NCBI GenBank assembly: GCA_964632485.1
Contig: CAZWDO010000002.1
Location: 186,001 to 250,000 of the forward strand
From: an uncultured bacterium
GTDB taxonomy: Bacteria; JAGOEH01
Direction: 5' to 3'
DNA length: 64,000 bases
Under the pieces are notes generated by a model. That model made no database searches. It was not told where the DNA came from and saw only the letters and a list, made by a program, of their open reading frames with translations. Made by a program: the position numbers and the translations under genes. This document shows, one piece after another, positions 1 to 10,922 of the stretch (the stretch's first letter is position 1; each line of letters opens with the position of its first letter).

Positions 1-115
1 TACCGACCAAATATACTTTATCCAAATGTGAAAACTCTTTCAATGCCATTATAGCGGCTTTGACATTATTCTCAGCGCCAAAATCTCCACCCATGGCATC
101 CAGGGCTATGTTCAC
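1..115 (-). CDS. plsX: Phosphate acyltransferase PlsX, N-terminal part (runs off the window start)
   Basis: Own translation from GTG at 115: MNIALDAMGGDFGAENNVQAAIMALKEFSHLDKVYLVG. IALDAMGGD is the PlsX N-terminal motif; sits directly after rpmF. Not in the ORF track. Confidence 0.9.
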   Translation of the reverse strand, partial: MNIALDAMGGDFGAENNVKAAIMALKEFSHLDKVYLVG

Positions 116-120
116 CGGAT

Positions 121-303
121 TTAGTCCTCTTTAGCTGCTATAATTAATCTGTCGCGATAAAAACCACATTCCGGACATACAAAATGGGGCCGTTTGGTTG
201 CTCCACAATGAGGGCATCCAGCCATTGCCGGCATTTCCAAATGCCAATGTGATCTTCTTTTACGAGAACGTGCTTTGCTGCTTTTTTTCTTGGGGACAGC
301 CAT
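121..303 (-). CDS. rpmF: 50S ribosomal protein L32 (Zn-ribbon form)
   Basis: MAVPKKKSSKARSRKRR...CPHCG...HFVCPECGFY; yceD-rpmF-plsX synteny. Confidence 0.97.
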   Translation of the reverse strand: MAVPKKKSSKARSRKRRSHWHLEMPAMAGCPHCGATKRPHFVCPECGFYRDRLIIAAKED

Positions 304-304
304 T

Positions 305-826
305 TTATCCTCCCTGAATACTAGTTAAAAATTGTTTGAATACTTCCAAGCGCGGATCAGTTTGCCGCTTACAACTACATCTGGTCAGATTCAGATTACA
401 CCCGCACTGGATGCATAATCCTTTGCATTCTTCATGACAAAGAGGTTTCATCGGTATCGCCAGGTATAGTATATCCCGAATATCGTCCCTGAGAGAAAAC
501 TCTGTGGCTTTCAAACTCAATTCCGTATATTCACTATCATCATTGTCCGGAGTGGGTTGTTGGACAAATTTATAAACTTTAAGAAATGATTCCTGAACCG
601 GTAATTCATAATCCTCAAGGCATCGAGCGCATCGCATGATCAATTTCGCTTCCAGCCTGACGGTGGTATATAGCTCCCAGGTATTCAATTCACAATCTAC
701 CTGAAGCCTAACCATCTGGTTTTCATTTTGAAGAGAATTACTAAACTCTATACCCAATTCCTGTATTTGATGTTCAAATTCAAAATGTTTGATTCCTTTA
801 CGAATCGGGTCGATTTGTACAATCAC
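305..826 (-). CDS. yceD: DUF177/YceD family metal-binding protein
   Basis: CARCL...LAIPMKPLCHEECKGLCIQCGCNLN...DPR motifs; upstream of rpmF. Confidence 0.9.
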   Translation of the reverse strand: MIVQIDPIRKGIKHFEFEHQIQELGIEFSNSLQNENQMVRLQVDCELNTWELYTTVRLEAKLIMRCARCLEDYELPVQESFLKVYKFVQQPTPDNDDSEYTELSLKATEFSLRDDIRDILYLAIPMKPLCHEECKGLCIQCGCNLNLTRCSCKRQTDPRLEVFKQFLTSIQGG

Positions 827-855
827 ACAAATTCCTTTTTAAAAAATTTGCTCTA

Positions 856-884
856 AATATATATAAAAATCGCGCTTTTGTCAA
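856..884 (-). promoter_or_regulatory. Sigma70-type promoter of the yceD-rpmF-plsX operon
   Basis: Minus strand TTGACA-N17-TATATT. Confidence 0.65.
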
Positions 885-923
885 TCCTTTTTTTTAACAA
901 GTGAAATCAATTTTTTTTTTTGT

Positions 924-952
924 TTGACTATTTACCGGTTTTTTTTTATATT
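924..952 (+). promoter_or_regulatory. Sigma70-type promoter of the ABC transporter operon
   Basis: TTGACT-N17-TATATT, followed by an AAGGAGG RBS before ATG 1002. Confidence 0.65.
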
Positions 953-1001
953 GGGTTCGTGTTGTTAAAAATTATTTAAGATATCCGTACAAGGAGGCCC
1001 T

Positions 1002-2324
1002 ATGAATCGTTGGTTGCTGATAATTATTTTAGCGTTTATCCTGTATTGTCAAAAGGAATCGCCGCCATCGTCTTCCGCTGAAAACCCGAAATTAACGGTT
1101 ATCTCTCCCCATACTAAGGATGTCCTGGATAATTTTGATCAGGCATTTAAAAAATATTATCAACAGCGAACAGGTGCTTCCATTCAAATTGAATGGATTG
1201 ACCAGGGTGGGTCATCGGATGATCTGAAATTTATAAAATCTGAATTTACCCGTAACCCGGATGGAATCGATATCGATCTGTTTTGGGGTGGGGGAGTGAC
1301 ACCGCATTTAATGCTACTCGAAGACCATTTATTATATCCTCTGGAAATCGATTCATTGATTTTAAGTAACTTGCCGCGCGAATTGGCCGGCATGCCTTTG
1401 TATGATCCAAAATTCCATTGGTATGGAACCTGCCTGTCTGCTTTCGGCGTTATTTATAATAAAATGGTATTGCAGCAACTCAATATTCCCCAACCCGTCG
1501 ATTGGAAATCCCTGGCGGATCCGGTGTATTGTGATTGGATTGCAATACCTGATATTCGCCACAGTGGAAGTATTGAAATGATGTTTCATGTAATTCTCAG
1601 CGCCTATGGCTGGAATGAAGGGTGGGATGTTTTAACGCGGATATGCGCCAACGCCAAAAGATTCACTCTATCTTCCATTGACGTCATTAAGGATATAACA
1701 ACCGGAGATGCCGCCTGCGCGCTCTGTGTCGATTATTATGCCTGGAAACAGATTGAGGATCATGGCCTGGACAAAATCGGTTATTTGTTACCCAATAACC
1801 ATTCTGTTATCAATCCGGATTGTATTTCCGTCTTGAAAGGATTGCCTCATCCTGAAAATAGCCGTATTTTCATTGAATTTCTATTGTCCGAGCAAGGGCA
1901 ATCTATTTTTTATTTGCCCCATGGCCATCCGAACGGTCCGCCAGAGTCCAGTCTCAACCGTCTGGCAATAGTTCCCTTTATGTATGAGAAATACCAATCA
2001 GTGTCCGTTATTCCAATCAATCCCTTCGATAACCAGCAAATGGTACCCTACGATGCGGAACGAATCCAACAGATTCAGGATGTTTTCAAGGATTTATGCG
2101 GAGTGCTTTTTATTGATAACCATACCAGTCTGAAACGGGCATGGAACGCTTTATTAGCTAATCCCTCGACCGAAAATGAACGCGCGTTCAGCCTGTTGCC
2201 CATTGATTCCACTTCGCTTTACCAGTATGCCAAGGCTTGGAAAACGGATGAAGTTTTTCGGAATGAACAGTTGAATGCCTGGACTAAATTTGCTATCAAT
2301 AAATATGATAGTATATTGAAATAG
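1002..2324 (+). CDS. ABC transporter substrate-binding lipoprotein (Fe3+/thiamine/phosphonate class)
   Basis: Lipobox-like FILYC; LTVISPH, DLFWGGG, HSGS, FLLSEQGQ motifs; first gene of an SBP-ATPase-permease operon. Confidence 0.85.
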   Translation: MNRWLLIIILAFILYCQKESPPSSSAENPKLTVISPHTKDVLDNFDQAFKKYYQQRTGASIQIEWIDQGGSSDDLKFIKSEFTRNPDGIDIDLFWGGGVTPHLMLLEDHLLYPLEIDSLILSNLPRELAGMPLYDPKFHWYGTCLSAFGVIYNKMVLQQLNIPQPVDWKSLADPVYCDWIAIPDIRHSGSIEMMFHVILSAYGWNEGWDVLTRICANAKRFTLSSIDVIKDITTGDAACALCVDYYAWKQIEDHGLDKIGYLLPNNHSVINPDCISVLKGLPHPENSRIFIEFLLSEQGQSIFYLPHGHPNGPPESSLNRLAIVPFMYEKYQSVSVIPINPFDNQQMVPYDAERIQQIQDVFKDLCGVLFIDNHTSLKRAWNALLANPSTENERAFSLLPIDSTSLYQYAKAWKTDEVFRNEQLNAWTKFAINKYDSILK

Positions 2325-2325
2325 G

Positions 2326-3420
2326 TTGATTGAGATGATAATTAAGCTGGATTCACTCCAAAAATCTTTCGGGAATACCTCAGTATTAAATAATATCACA
2401 CTATCTATCGATGATGGCGAGTTCTTTTTTTTGCTGGGACCTTCCGGATGCGGCAAAACCACTTTATTGAGACTGATCGCCGGGTTGGAGCAACCCAGCG
2501 CTGGAACAATCTGGTTTGACCAAACAGATGTAACATCTCTGGCCGCCAACCAACGCCGAATCAGCATGGTTTTCCAGAATTATGCCTTGTGGCCCCACAT
2601 GACGGTATATGAAAATGTGGCATTTGGCCTTGAAATAAAAAAAATAGATGCGAAGGCTCAAGCTGAGAAAATTAGCCATATTTTGGATATCGTGAAATTA
2701 AAAGGATATGAATTGCAATATCCCAACCAACTGTCGGGAGGACAGCAGCAACGAGTGGCTTTGGCGCGGGCGCTGGTTGTGGAACCCCGTTTGATTCTCT
2801 TCGATGAGCCCCTCAGCAATTTAGATGCGAACTTGCGGAATGAAATGCGGGTGGAACTGCGCCGTATTCAGAAAAAAACCCATGTTACGGCTATTTATGT
2901 CACCCATGATCAAAAAGAAGCTCTGACTATGGCTGATCGCATTGCGGTACTTGTAGAAGGTAAGATTGCTCAACTGGCAGAACCCCATGAAATCTATTAC
3001 CGGCCTGCTTCGCTTTTTGTGGCCGGTTTTATCGGCGAAGCTAATTTTTTCTCAGGCGTTGTCGATAAAATCGATAATGATGGCATAGCTCTCATCACCA
3101 GTGAATTGGGATCATTTTCAGTACCGATTCCCCCTTCCATGATACTCCGCCCCGGAGTGGAACTTACTCTTTCCATACGTCCCCCGTTGGCGCAAATTTA
3201 CTCTACCGATGAACCTCCCCCGTCAAATAAGGTCAATCTTATTCATGATGTTCAAATTGAAAACAGTATGTTTTTAGGGGAAACCCAGGAATACCATTGC
3301 TTGATCGGAAAACGGCGATTTACTGTTATTCAGAGCAGCCAGGGTCAGCGGTTCTATAAACATGGCGATCGCGTTATTCTCTATTTGCCACGGAATCATA
3401 TTATGCTTTTTAAGGGATAA
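2326..3420 (+). CDS. ABC transporter ATP-binding protein (PotA/FbpC-like, C-terminal TOBE)
   Basis: Walker A GPSGCGKT, signature [30 protein letters not shown]. Confidence 0.95.
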   Translation: MIEMIIKLDSLQKSFGNTSVLNNITLSIDDGEFFFLLGPSGCGKTTLLRLIAGLEQPSAGTIWFDQTDVTSLAANQRRISMVFQNYALWPHMTVYENVAFGLEIKKIDAKAQAEKISHILDIVKLKGYELQYPNQLSGGQQQRVALARALVVEPRLILFDEPLSNLDANLRNEMRVELRRIQKKTHVTAIYVTHDQKEALTMADRIAVLVEGKIAQLAEPHEIYYRPASLFVAGFIGEANFFSGVVDKIDNDGIALITSELGSFSVPIPPSMILRPGVELTLSIRPPLAQIYSTDEPPPSNKVNLIHDVQIENSMFLGETQEYHCLIGKRRFTVIQSSQGQRFYKHGDRVILYLPRNHIMLFKG

Positions 3421-3423
3421 GCC

Positions 3424-5121
3424 ATGTTTATACCCAAAAGAACCCAGGTTTTTCATTATTTTTTATTTGGAGCGGTATTTGCCCTTTTGAGCTATTTTTT
3501 GATCTATCCGATATCTGATCTTTTTATTCAGTCCTTTTCGGTAAACGGCCGTTTTAGTTTGAAGTTTTTTGAATTAATGCTGGATAATCCACTCTATATT
3601 CAATCGATTATTAATAGTTTAAAACTGGGTTTACTTGTGGTTGTTTTCACTGCTATGTTGAGTTTACCTCTGGCTTTGATCATAACCCGCACCCGATTTT
3701 GGGGCAAGGACCTTTGGCAGGGTTTGCTGTTGGTTCCGTTGATTATGCCGCCATTTGTGGGCGCTATTGGTATTAAACAGTTATTCGCTCGTTTTGGATC
3801 CATTAATTTGGCGCTGATTAAATTAGGTCTGGTTTCTTCTCAAAATCCGCCGGATTGGTTGGGAGGCAGTGGTTTTTGGGGAGTCGTCATTCTGGAGACA
3901 CTGCATTTATACCCGATTATGTATTTAAACATAGTTGCGGCTATGGCTAATATCGATCCCAGCCTGGAAGAGATGGCCTATAATCTGTCAGCTCGTTTTC
4001 ATCATGTACTCCGCCGGATTATATTGCCATTGATTTTACCAGGTTTTTTCGCCGGAGCTATCATTACGTTTATTTGGGCGTTTACGGATTTAGGGACTCC
4101 CATTATTTTAAATTATAAAGAAACGATGGCTGTGCAGATATTTAATATGGTGACCGATATTCATCAGAATCAGATGGGATACACTCTGGTTGTTTTTATG
4201 GCGGGATTGACGACCCTTCTGTTTATTGTTTCCCGTCGGATATTGGGGAATAAGCGCTATGAGATGCTGGCGCGGGGACATGTCACCCAACGCGCGAAAT
4301 GGGTAAAACCCTGGCAGCAGTTTTCTATTATAATATTCATTTTTGGCATCATTGTCCTGGCCTTGCTCCCCCATATCGGCGTCATTATTTCATCCGTTGC
4401 TGAAAAATGGCTAAATACGATTGTTCCGGAAAAAGTTACAACTCAATACTACTACATGATTTTTACGAATCCCCTGGCCTATATCAGTATTAAGAATAGT
4501 TTTTTATATAGTATTGGGAGTGTTTTTCTCGATTTGATGCTGGGAGTGACGATTGCCTTTATATTGACTCGGACGAAAGTCAGAGGTAAATCGATTTTAG
4601 ATAGCCTGGCGATGCTGCCGCTATCCTTACCCGGGTTAGTGCTGGCTTTTGGTTATGTGGCTACTTTTAGTGGTACTATCCTTGATCCTCGTCAGGACCC
4701 TACCATTTTACTGGTTATCAGCTACGCATTTCGACGTCTGCCTTATATGGTTCGCTCGGCGCATGCGGGATTCCAGCAATCTTCCATTTATTTAGAGGAA
4801 GCGGCCCGCAACCTTGGAGCGCGCACTCTGACGATTATCCGTCGTATTACTTTCCCCTTGATCCATGCCAATTTGATCGCCGGAGGTCTGCTTTGCTTTG
4901 CTTATGCCATGCTTGAAGTTTCCGATAGCCTGATTCTGGCAATGAAAGAACAATATTTCCCGATTACTAAAGCCATCTATATTTTATTCAGTTATGTCTC
5001 GAATGGGATCGCGATTGCTTGTGTGTTGGGAGTGTTGGGAATGATTATATTAGCGACTGCCATTACGTTGGCCGGTAAAGTTTTAGGTCAAAAGTTGGGA
5101 GAACTTTTTCGCTCAGCTTAG
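3424..5121 (+). CDS. ABC transporter permease with two fused BPD domains (FbpB/ThiP-like)
   Basis: Many TM segments; two EAA loops (SLEEMAYNLSA, YLEEAARNLGA). Confidence 0.92.
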   Translation: MFIPKRTQVFHYFLFGAVFALLSYFLIYPISDLFIQSFSVNGRFSLKFFELMLDNPLYIQSIINSLKLGLLVVVFTAMLSLPLALIITRTRFWGKDLWQGLLLVPLIMPPFVGAIGIKQLFARFGSINLALIKLGLVSSQNPPDWLGGSGFWGVVILETLHLYPIMYLNIVAAMANIDPSLEEMAYNLSARFHHVLRRIILPLILPGFFAGAIITFIWAFTDLGTPIILNYKETMAVQIFNMVTDIHQNQMGYTLVVFMAGLTTLLFIVSRRILGNKRYEMLARGHVTQRAKWVKPWQQFSIIIFIFGIIVLALLPHIGVIISSVAEKWLNTIVPEKVTTQYYYMIFTNPLAYISIKNSFLYSIGSVFLDLMLGVTIAFILTRTKVRGKSILDSLAMLPLSLPGLVLAFGYVATFSGTILDPRQDPTILLVISYAFRRLPYMVRSAHAGFQQSSIYLEEAARNLGARTLTIIRRITFPLIHANLIAGGLLCFAYAMLEVSDSLILAMKEQYFPITKAIYILFSYVSNGIAIACVLGVLGMIILATAITLAGKVLGQKLGELFRSA

Positions 5122-5222
5122 ATTGAATGGCCTCTCCGCTTTTTCCCTGCCTTCATCCTGACGAATTTAGTTGATGGATGGCGTTTGTTTCTTTGTTTGC
5201 CTGTGCCGGGGAGGTGTCTTTA

Positions 5223-8127
5223 TTAATTCGCGCGTTCTTCTTCGATTTGGGGAGTTGTGCATGTTTTTAATTCAGGCAGGGCGACTTGGTTGCGGCCGTT
5301 TTGTTTTGCCCGGTATAAGCATGTATCGGCTTGTTTGATATAATCATCGACGGACAAATATTCATCAAAAATACTCACCCCGAAGCTGATAGTGATCTGA
5401 ATCGTTTTTTCCTGATAGAGCAGTGAGTTAGTTTCGATAATATAACGGAGTTTTTCCGCAACGGATTCCGCTCCCGCCAGATCGGTTTCCGGTAAAATAA
5501 TTAAAAATTCCTCCCCCCCCAACGGCAGATAATATCATTGGCTCGTAAATTATGTTTGAGCAGGTTTGCAATCATCACAAGAACCAGATCTCCCGCATCA
5601 TGCCCATAGGTATCATTGATTTTTTTAAAAAAATCAATATCTCCCAATAAAAATGCAAAGGGTTTTTTGTAACGGCGCGCTCGGGCAACTTCATCGCTCA
5701 TCCGTCGTAATAAATCCCGGCGATTGGACAGTTTTGTAAGGGGGTCTTCTAACGACGCGCGTTCAAATTTTTCTTTCAACTCCCTTAATTCCTGATTGGC
5801 CAGTTCTACTTTTTGTTTTTCCTCTTCCAGCCGACAGTTTTTTTCGTAAATCTCTATGGTCCGCTGTCGTACCTTGTCTTCCAAAAGTAAGTTTTTGCGT
5901 AACAGTCTGCGTATTGTCCAGCAAATAATTCCTATAATTAAAAAAAACAGGAGAGAGCGGAACCACCAGGTTTTCCAAAAAGGAGGTTGAATAATAAAAT
6001 CCAGAGCTACCGCATTTAACGATAGAGTACCATCACCATTGACTGCCCAAATTTTGAACCGATAAGCCCCGGGTGGCAAAAAAGAATAACGCACTTCAGG
6101 GAATGACGTTATATTATCACTTTTATCAATTCCCTGTAATTCATAACGATAATACAAACTCTGCGGATTGGCTAACGAAATACCGTCAAATTCGAAATGA
6201 ATGTAATTTTCATGGTAATTGAGGGTTAAATTGGCCTTCATCGGATAAGGCTGGTCAAAAACTGAAAATTTAATTATATTTATTTTAGGGGGGACGGAAC
6301 TGTTGCTGATCTGTTCGGGTCGACATAGGGTAATCCCTCTTCCGGAACCAAACCATAATCGATAGTTATAATCCATCAGGCAGGAATGTTGATTAAACTC
6401 ATTGCTGGCAATTCCATCCTGCTGGGTGTAAATTTTGAATTGAGAGCCGTTAAATCGGTTTAATCCTTTATTTGTTCCTATCCAAAGCCAACCCTGACGA
6501 TCCTGTTGGGTGAAATAGCAGTAATTATTGGATAAACCGTTTTCTTCCGAATAATGAAAGATGTTGAGCGAATCAATAATATAAAAACCCTGGTTGGTCG
6601 CGATGGTTATTTTTCTGTTGGAATCCGTGGTAATATGCATAACTCTTTTATTATTGAATATGGAATCGATTGGGAGCTTGTAAAATTTATTCTCGCGAAA
6701 GCGAATCAACCCATTGTCCGTACCAATCATCAACTCACCGTTTAAACCATTTNNNNNNNNNNTGCCAATGCGTAAATGTTATTATCAGGCAAACCTTCAT
6801 GGGTAGTAAAAGTGGTAAAATGATCAGCTTCAAGCCGACAGAGTCCCATTCTCGTACCGGCCCATAGCCGGTTATCGTCATCGATAGCGAGAACCCGGGC
6901 GAAATTGTCAGGTAATCCTTCACCCGTTCCATAATGGGACAGTTTATTTTTTTGCCAACTGAAAACACCCTCTTGATAGGTAGCAATCCATAGGGTCTGC
7001 TGCTTATCTTCAATAAAATACATCGGGAAAGATTTTGAAATACGCTCAAGTCCTTGAGGCAAATAAAATTTTCCGTTCTTAAATATATTAATACCATCAT
7101 CGGTGGCAATCCAAATAGCGCTGTCTTGACGCTGGATCATTCCCCATATCACATTATTGCTCAGACCATGATTTTTAGTGTATACGCTGAATTGATAATT
7201 GTTTAATCGATATAGGCCATTGGTCTCGGTTCCAAACCAAAGATTACCTTCCCGATCCCGAAAAATGGTTTTAAAATTTTCGGTATCAATTCCATTTTTT
7301 TTGGTGATTTGTATTAATTCATTATTTTTGAGATAAAAAAGGCCATTTCCAAATGTCGTAATCCACAAATTGCCAAAATCATCCTCACGGATTGATGTTA
7401 TTTCTGTTTTAAGGGTCGATTTTTCCGGCATAAACGGGATTAGTAGAGAATCATCCCATCGATAGAGACCCTGACGGGTTCCAACCCAGCGCGTATTTTT
7501 ACTATCCTGGTAGATACATGTAAAGAAAAGAGTGGAATCGCTATGCTTTTCTTTTAATTCACCTTCAATGGCAAATAATCGGTGATCGCTTACCAGCCAC
7601 ATTGATTGATGATTATCTTGCATGATAGCTTTGATGGGGATATCTTCCAGGTAACTGGATATAACGGGATCGCGATCATTTTGGTATTCCAGCAGGCTTA
7701 AACCTTTATTCGTGCCAATCCATAGTTTTTTCCCGGGAGTTGAGAAGAGGCTGTTGATATAAGCGCCATTCAGACCATGTGATTGAGTATAGGATGAAAA
7801 TTTCCCTTCGCGATAACAACTGAGTCCCTTATCGGTACCGATCCAAAGATGGTTCGGCTCAAGCGGATCAAGGGCAAGGGCCAATATATTATTGTTAATC
7901 AAGCTGTCTTTGGTGGTGAACATTCGAAACTCTCTACCGTTGAAACGGTTGATTCCATTTTGTGTTCCCAACCATAAATAACCCGCGCTATCCTGCGCGA
8001 TTGCCTGGACTGTGGATTGAGACAGTCCCTGGTTTTCATTATACTGTAAAAAATTATAGCGTTGGCCACAAAGCAATATCGGTATCATCCCAATCATAAA
8101 AACCAATAATTTTGTGTGGTTCATCAA
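5223..8127 (-). pseudogene. Sensor diguanylate cyclase (regulator beta-propeller + Y_Y_Y + TM + GGDEF), frameshifted in this assembly
   Basis: Three track ORFs (6742-8127, 5501-6733, 5223-5522) join into one protein: propeller repeats (QDSAGYLWLGTQNG), Y_Y_Y (LPPGAYRFKIWA), PPFWKTWWF TM, DPLT..NRR/DIDFFKKINDTYGH/GGEEF. One break is the N-gap at 6753-6762; the other is a G8 run at 5513-5520 in the GGEEF codons. May be intact in vivo. Confidence 0.8.
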
Positions 8128-8164
8128 ATCCCTCCCGGTTTTATTTTACATAGATCAAATCAAA

Positions 8165-9179
8165 TCATTTTAGCAAAATTCCATTTTCAATTAAAAAATT
8201 TATCAGTTGGCTGTATGAGATTCCCATTTCCTCCATGAGTTTGGGATACATACTGATTTTGGTGAAACCCGGCATAGTGTTGATTTCATTGAAAAGTATC
8301 TGGTCGTCCTGAGTGATGAAAAAATCAATGCGAGCCAGTCCCTGGCAGCCAATGGAGTGGAATATCTGGCGGGCATATACCCGAATGCTGTTTTCCAGGT
8401 CCGGTGGGAGCGATGCGGGGTAAACTAATTTTGCGCCATCAGGGTCCACATATTTTGCTTCATAATCGTAGAATTCATGAAGAGGGATGACCTCCCCGGG
8501 ACGGCTGATAATTGTCTCATTTGCTCTTTGCAAAACGGCAATTTCAATTTCACGGGGTCTTTCTAATCCATGTTCAATTAGCGCTTTCACATCAAGTTTT
8601 AAAGCAATTTCAATATAGCGATTCATTTCGTCCTGATTGTGCGCCGTGTTGATACCAACGGAAGAGCCGGAACCAGCAGGTTTGACAAATAGCCACTCGC
8701 AGCCAAANNNNNNNNNNGCAAGAATTAATCAGAAAGTGCATACATTTATGCTCTTTATCCATACCGATAGCTGACGATAAGATACCATTTCCAATGATGG
8801 GAATACCCAATAGTTGGAGTTGCCCCTGGATGGCGCCGTCTTCGCCGTTTTCACCATGAAGTACCGGCCAGGCAATCTGTATCGGGGATTGCAGAATTAA
8901 TTTTCCCTCTTCAATTTTATATAACGATGCGCCCTCTCCGTTGGGAAGAAGACACGCTTGTTCTTTATTTTCCGAGGGTAGTCTGATTAGATGCGGATTG
9001 TCCGGGATTTTCTCCAGATATTCTTCGGAAATCAGTTGCCACATACCATTTTTATGGATTCCAACAAGATGAACCCGGTAGCGGTTCCGATCAATAGCTT
9101 GTACAATATTTTTAGCAGAAATGATGCTGATTTCATGTTCCACCGATTTGCCGCCAAACAGAATCAAGATATTAATCAT
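8165..9179 (-). CDS. ddl: D-alanine--D-alanine ligase (split only by the N-gap at 8708-8717)
   Basis: LFGGKSVEHEIS, PVLHGENGEDG, SAIGMDK before the gap; after it FVKPAGSGSSVGI reads in frame into FYDYEAKY, ARIDFF, NEINTMPGFT..SMYPK. Confidence 0.93.
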
Positions 9180-9264
9180 GAATGCTCCTTTTGATGAGTC
9201 TCTGTATCAGGCGGGAAGTGAGACGAGGGGCTTTACCTGAAGCTACAGAGGGGATAGCTAATTG

Positions 9265-10305
9265 TCAACCCTTAATCGTGGCAAAGAGTGGCTGATTGGG
9301 TTCATTCAACAGAATATTGGCCACGGCATTGGCTTTCAGGTTGCTGGAATCGCCATGCCGATACCGGTAATACGCCAATGTACCGATCATGGCGGCATTG
9401 TCCATGCAATACTTAAGAGCCGGAGTGTAATATTGGATGTTCAATCGCTCGCATTCCTGTCCAAGGTTTTTTCGTAACAGGGAATTTGCCGCGACTCCAC
9501 CCGACGTGGTGATTGTTGAAATTCCATATTGTTGAGCTGCTTGGATGGTTTTTTTTACTAAAACTTCAACCAATGCCGCCTGGAAACTGGCGCAAACATC
9601 TTCAATGCAAAAAAAGTCTGAACGTTGTTTGAGATCGCGAATCAGGTTCAACATCGCTGTTTTAAGTCCGCTAAAGGAAAAATTGTAGGTTTCTTTTTTT
9701 AGCATGGGACGCGGTAAATGAAAGGCTTGCGGGTTGCCTCGGGTTGCCAAACGGTCAATGACGGGGCCGCCTGGAAATCCGATATCCAAAAATTGGGCAA
9801 TCTTATCAAACGCTTCGCCCGCGGCATCATCGACGGTTTTGCCTAATAATTCATATTCCTGGTGATTTTTGACCAATACTAACAGTGTATGTCCGCCCGA
9901 AACGGTCAGACAAATATGCGGTAAGGTTAAATCCGGATGATCGATGAAATTGGCATAAATATGGCCTTCTATATGATTGATGGGTAAAAAAGGTTTTTGA
10001 TGAATCCAGGCAAGGGTTTTCCCTGCCATCAAACCCACCAGCAGACTCCCACTCAGTCCATGATAGGCGGTGGCGGCGAACAGATCAATTTCCTTCAAGG
10101 TTGTTCCCGCTTGTGTCAGTGCGTCTTCTATAACCGAGTCGATGAGTTCGAAATGCTTACGCGACGCAATTTCCGGTACAACGCCTCCGTATTTTTCATG
10201 GAATGCGGTTTGTGAGGAGATAACGCTGGATAAGATTTTATGACCGTCTTTAACAACAGCCGCGCACGTATCGTCGCATGAGGTTTCCAATGCCAGTATA
10301 TTCAA
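9265..10305 (-). CDS. tsaD: tRNA N6-threonylcarbamoyltransferase TsaD
   Basis: LETSCDDT, GGVVPEIASRKH, NHIEGH, VSGGHT, DDAAGEAFDK, FSFSGLKT, DNAAMI. Confidence 0.97.
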   Translation of the reverse strand: MNILALETSCDDTCAAVVKDGHKILSSVISSQTAFHEKYGGVVPEIASRKHFELIDSVIEDALTQAGTTLKEIDLFAATAYHGLSGSLLVGLMAGKTLAWIHQKPFLPINHIEGHIYANFIDHPDLTLPHICLTVSGGHTLLVLVKNHQEYELLGKTVDDAAGEAFDKIAQFLDIGFPGGPVIDRLATRGNPQAFHLPRPMLKKETYNFSFSGLKTAMLNLIRDLKQRSDFFCIEDVCASFQAALVEVLVKKTIQAAQQYGISTITTSGGVAANSLLRKNLGQECERLNIQYYTPALKYCMDNAAMIGTLAYYRYRHGDSSNLKANAVANILLNEPNQPLFATIKG

Positions 10306-10916
10306 TGCTTTTCCTTTATCGATAAAATTGTAATCGTTTTATCATTGGAAGGGTAGGGATAGGCGTTCCATTTCCACCGAATTGCCAATTTTTCTGTAAT
10401 AATAATTACCAAAAAAGCGATTAAAGTTCCCAGCGCCCATCCACCGACAACATCCAATGGATAATGAACACCGGTATAGATACGGGAATAACCGATGATC
10501 AAAGGAATAAGCCAAAGCCAGGAGCGATGGCGCCGGTAAAAATATGTAAATATCCAAAAGAACAGAGTGGTATTGGCAGCGTGCGATGATGGGAAACTGA
10601 ATGACCGACTACGGTTGGTCAGAACACGGGCCTGGGTTTCCGCATAGCATGGGCGGACACGGCAGATCGTTTTTTTAAGCAGATTCGAACTGAGCTGATC
10701 ACCAATTGTCAGTCCTATTGCCAAAATTAAAACGAAAATCGTCGCTTTGCGGTAATTGCTCCAGAATAATCCGATGAGTACGATCCCAATTATCGGATAC
10801 CAGTTTTTAAGTTTGGTAACAACTGGCATGAACCCATCCAACCATGGATGGGTCCATATCTGATTGCATAATGTAAATAAAAAGGTATCCAGTTGCAGAA
10901 GCTTGGCGATCATCAA
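10302..10916 (-). CDS. PAP2 family membrane phosphatase (lipid A or undecaprenyl-PP phosphatase-like)
   Basis: KxxxxRxRP, SFPSSH, SRIYTGVHYPLDV motifs. Confidence 0.9.
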   Translation of the reverse strand: MMIAKLLQLDTFLFTLCNQIWTHPWLDGFMPVVTKLKNWYPIIGIVLIGLFWSNYRKATIFVLILAIGLTIGDQLSSNLLKKTICRVRPCYAETQARVLTNRSRSFSFPSSHAANTTLFFWIFTYFYRRHRSWLWLIPLIIGYSRIYTGVHYPLDVVGGWALGTLIAFLVIIITEKLAIRWKWNAYPYPSNDKTITILSIKEKH

Positions 10917-10922
10917 TAATCG

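Noticed and set aside
8165-9179. ddl as a pseudogene or split gene
   Set aside because: The break coincides with an N-gap and all motifs are present on both sides
9200-9250. SRP RNA (CAGG..GGAAG resemblance)
   Set aside because: Lacks the CAGG-stem-GNRA-stem-AGCAG arrangement and is too short
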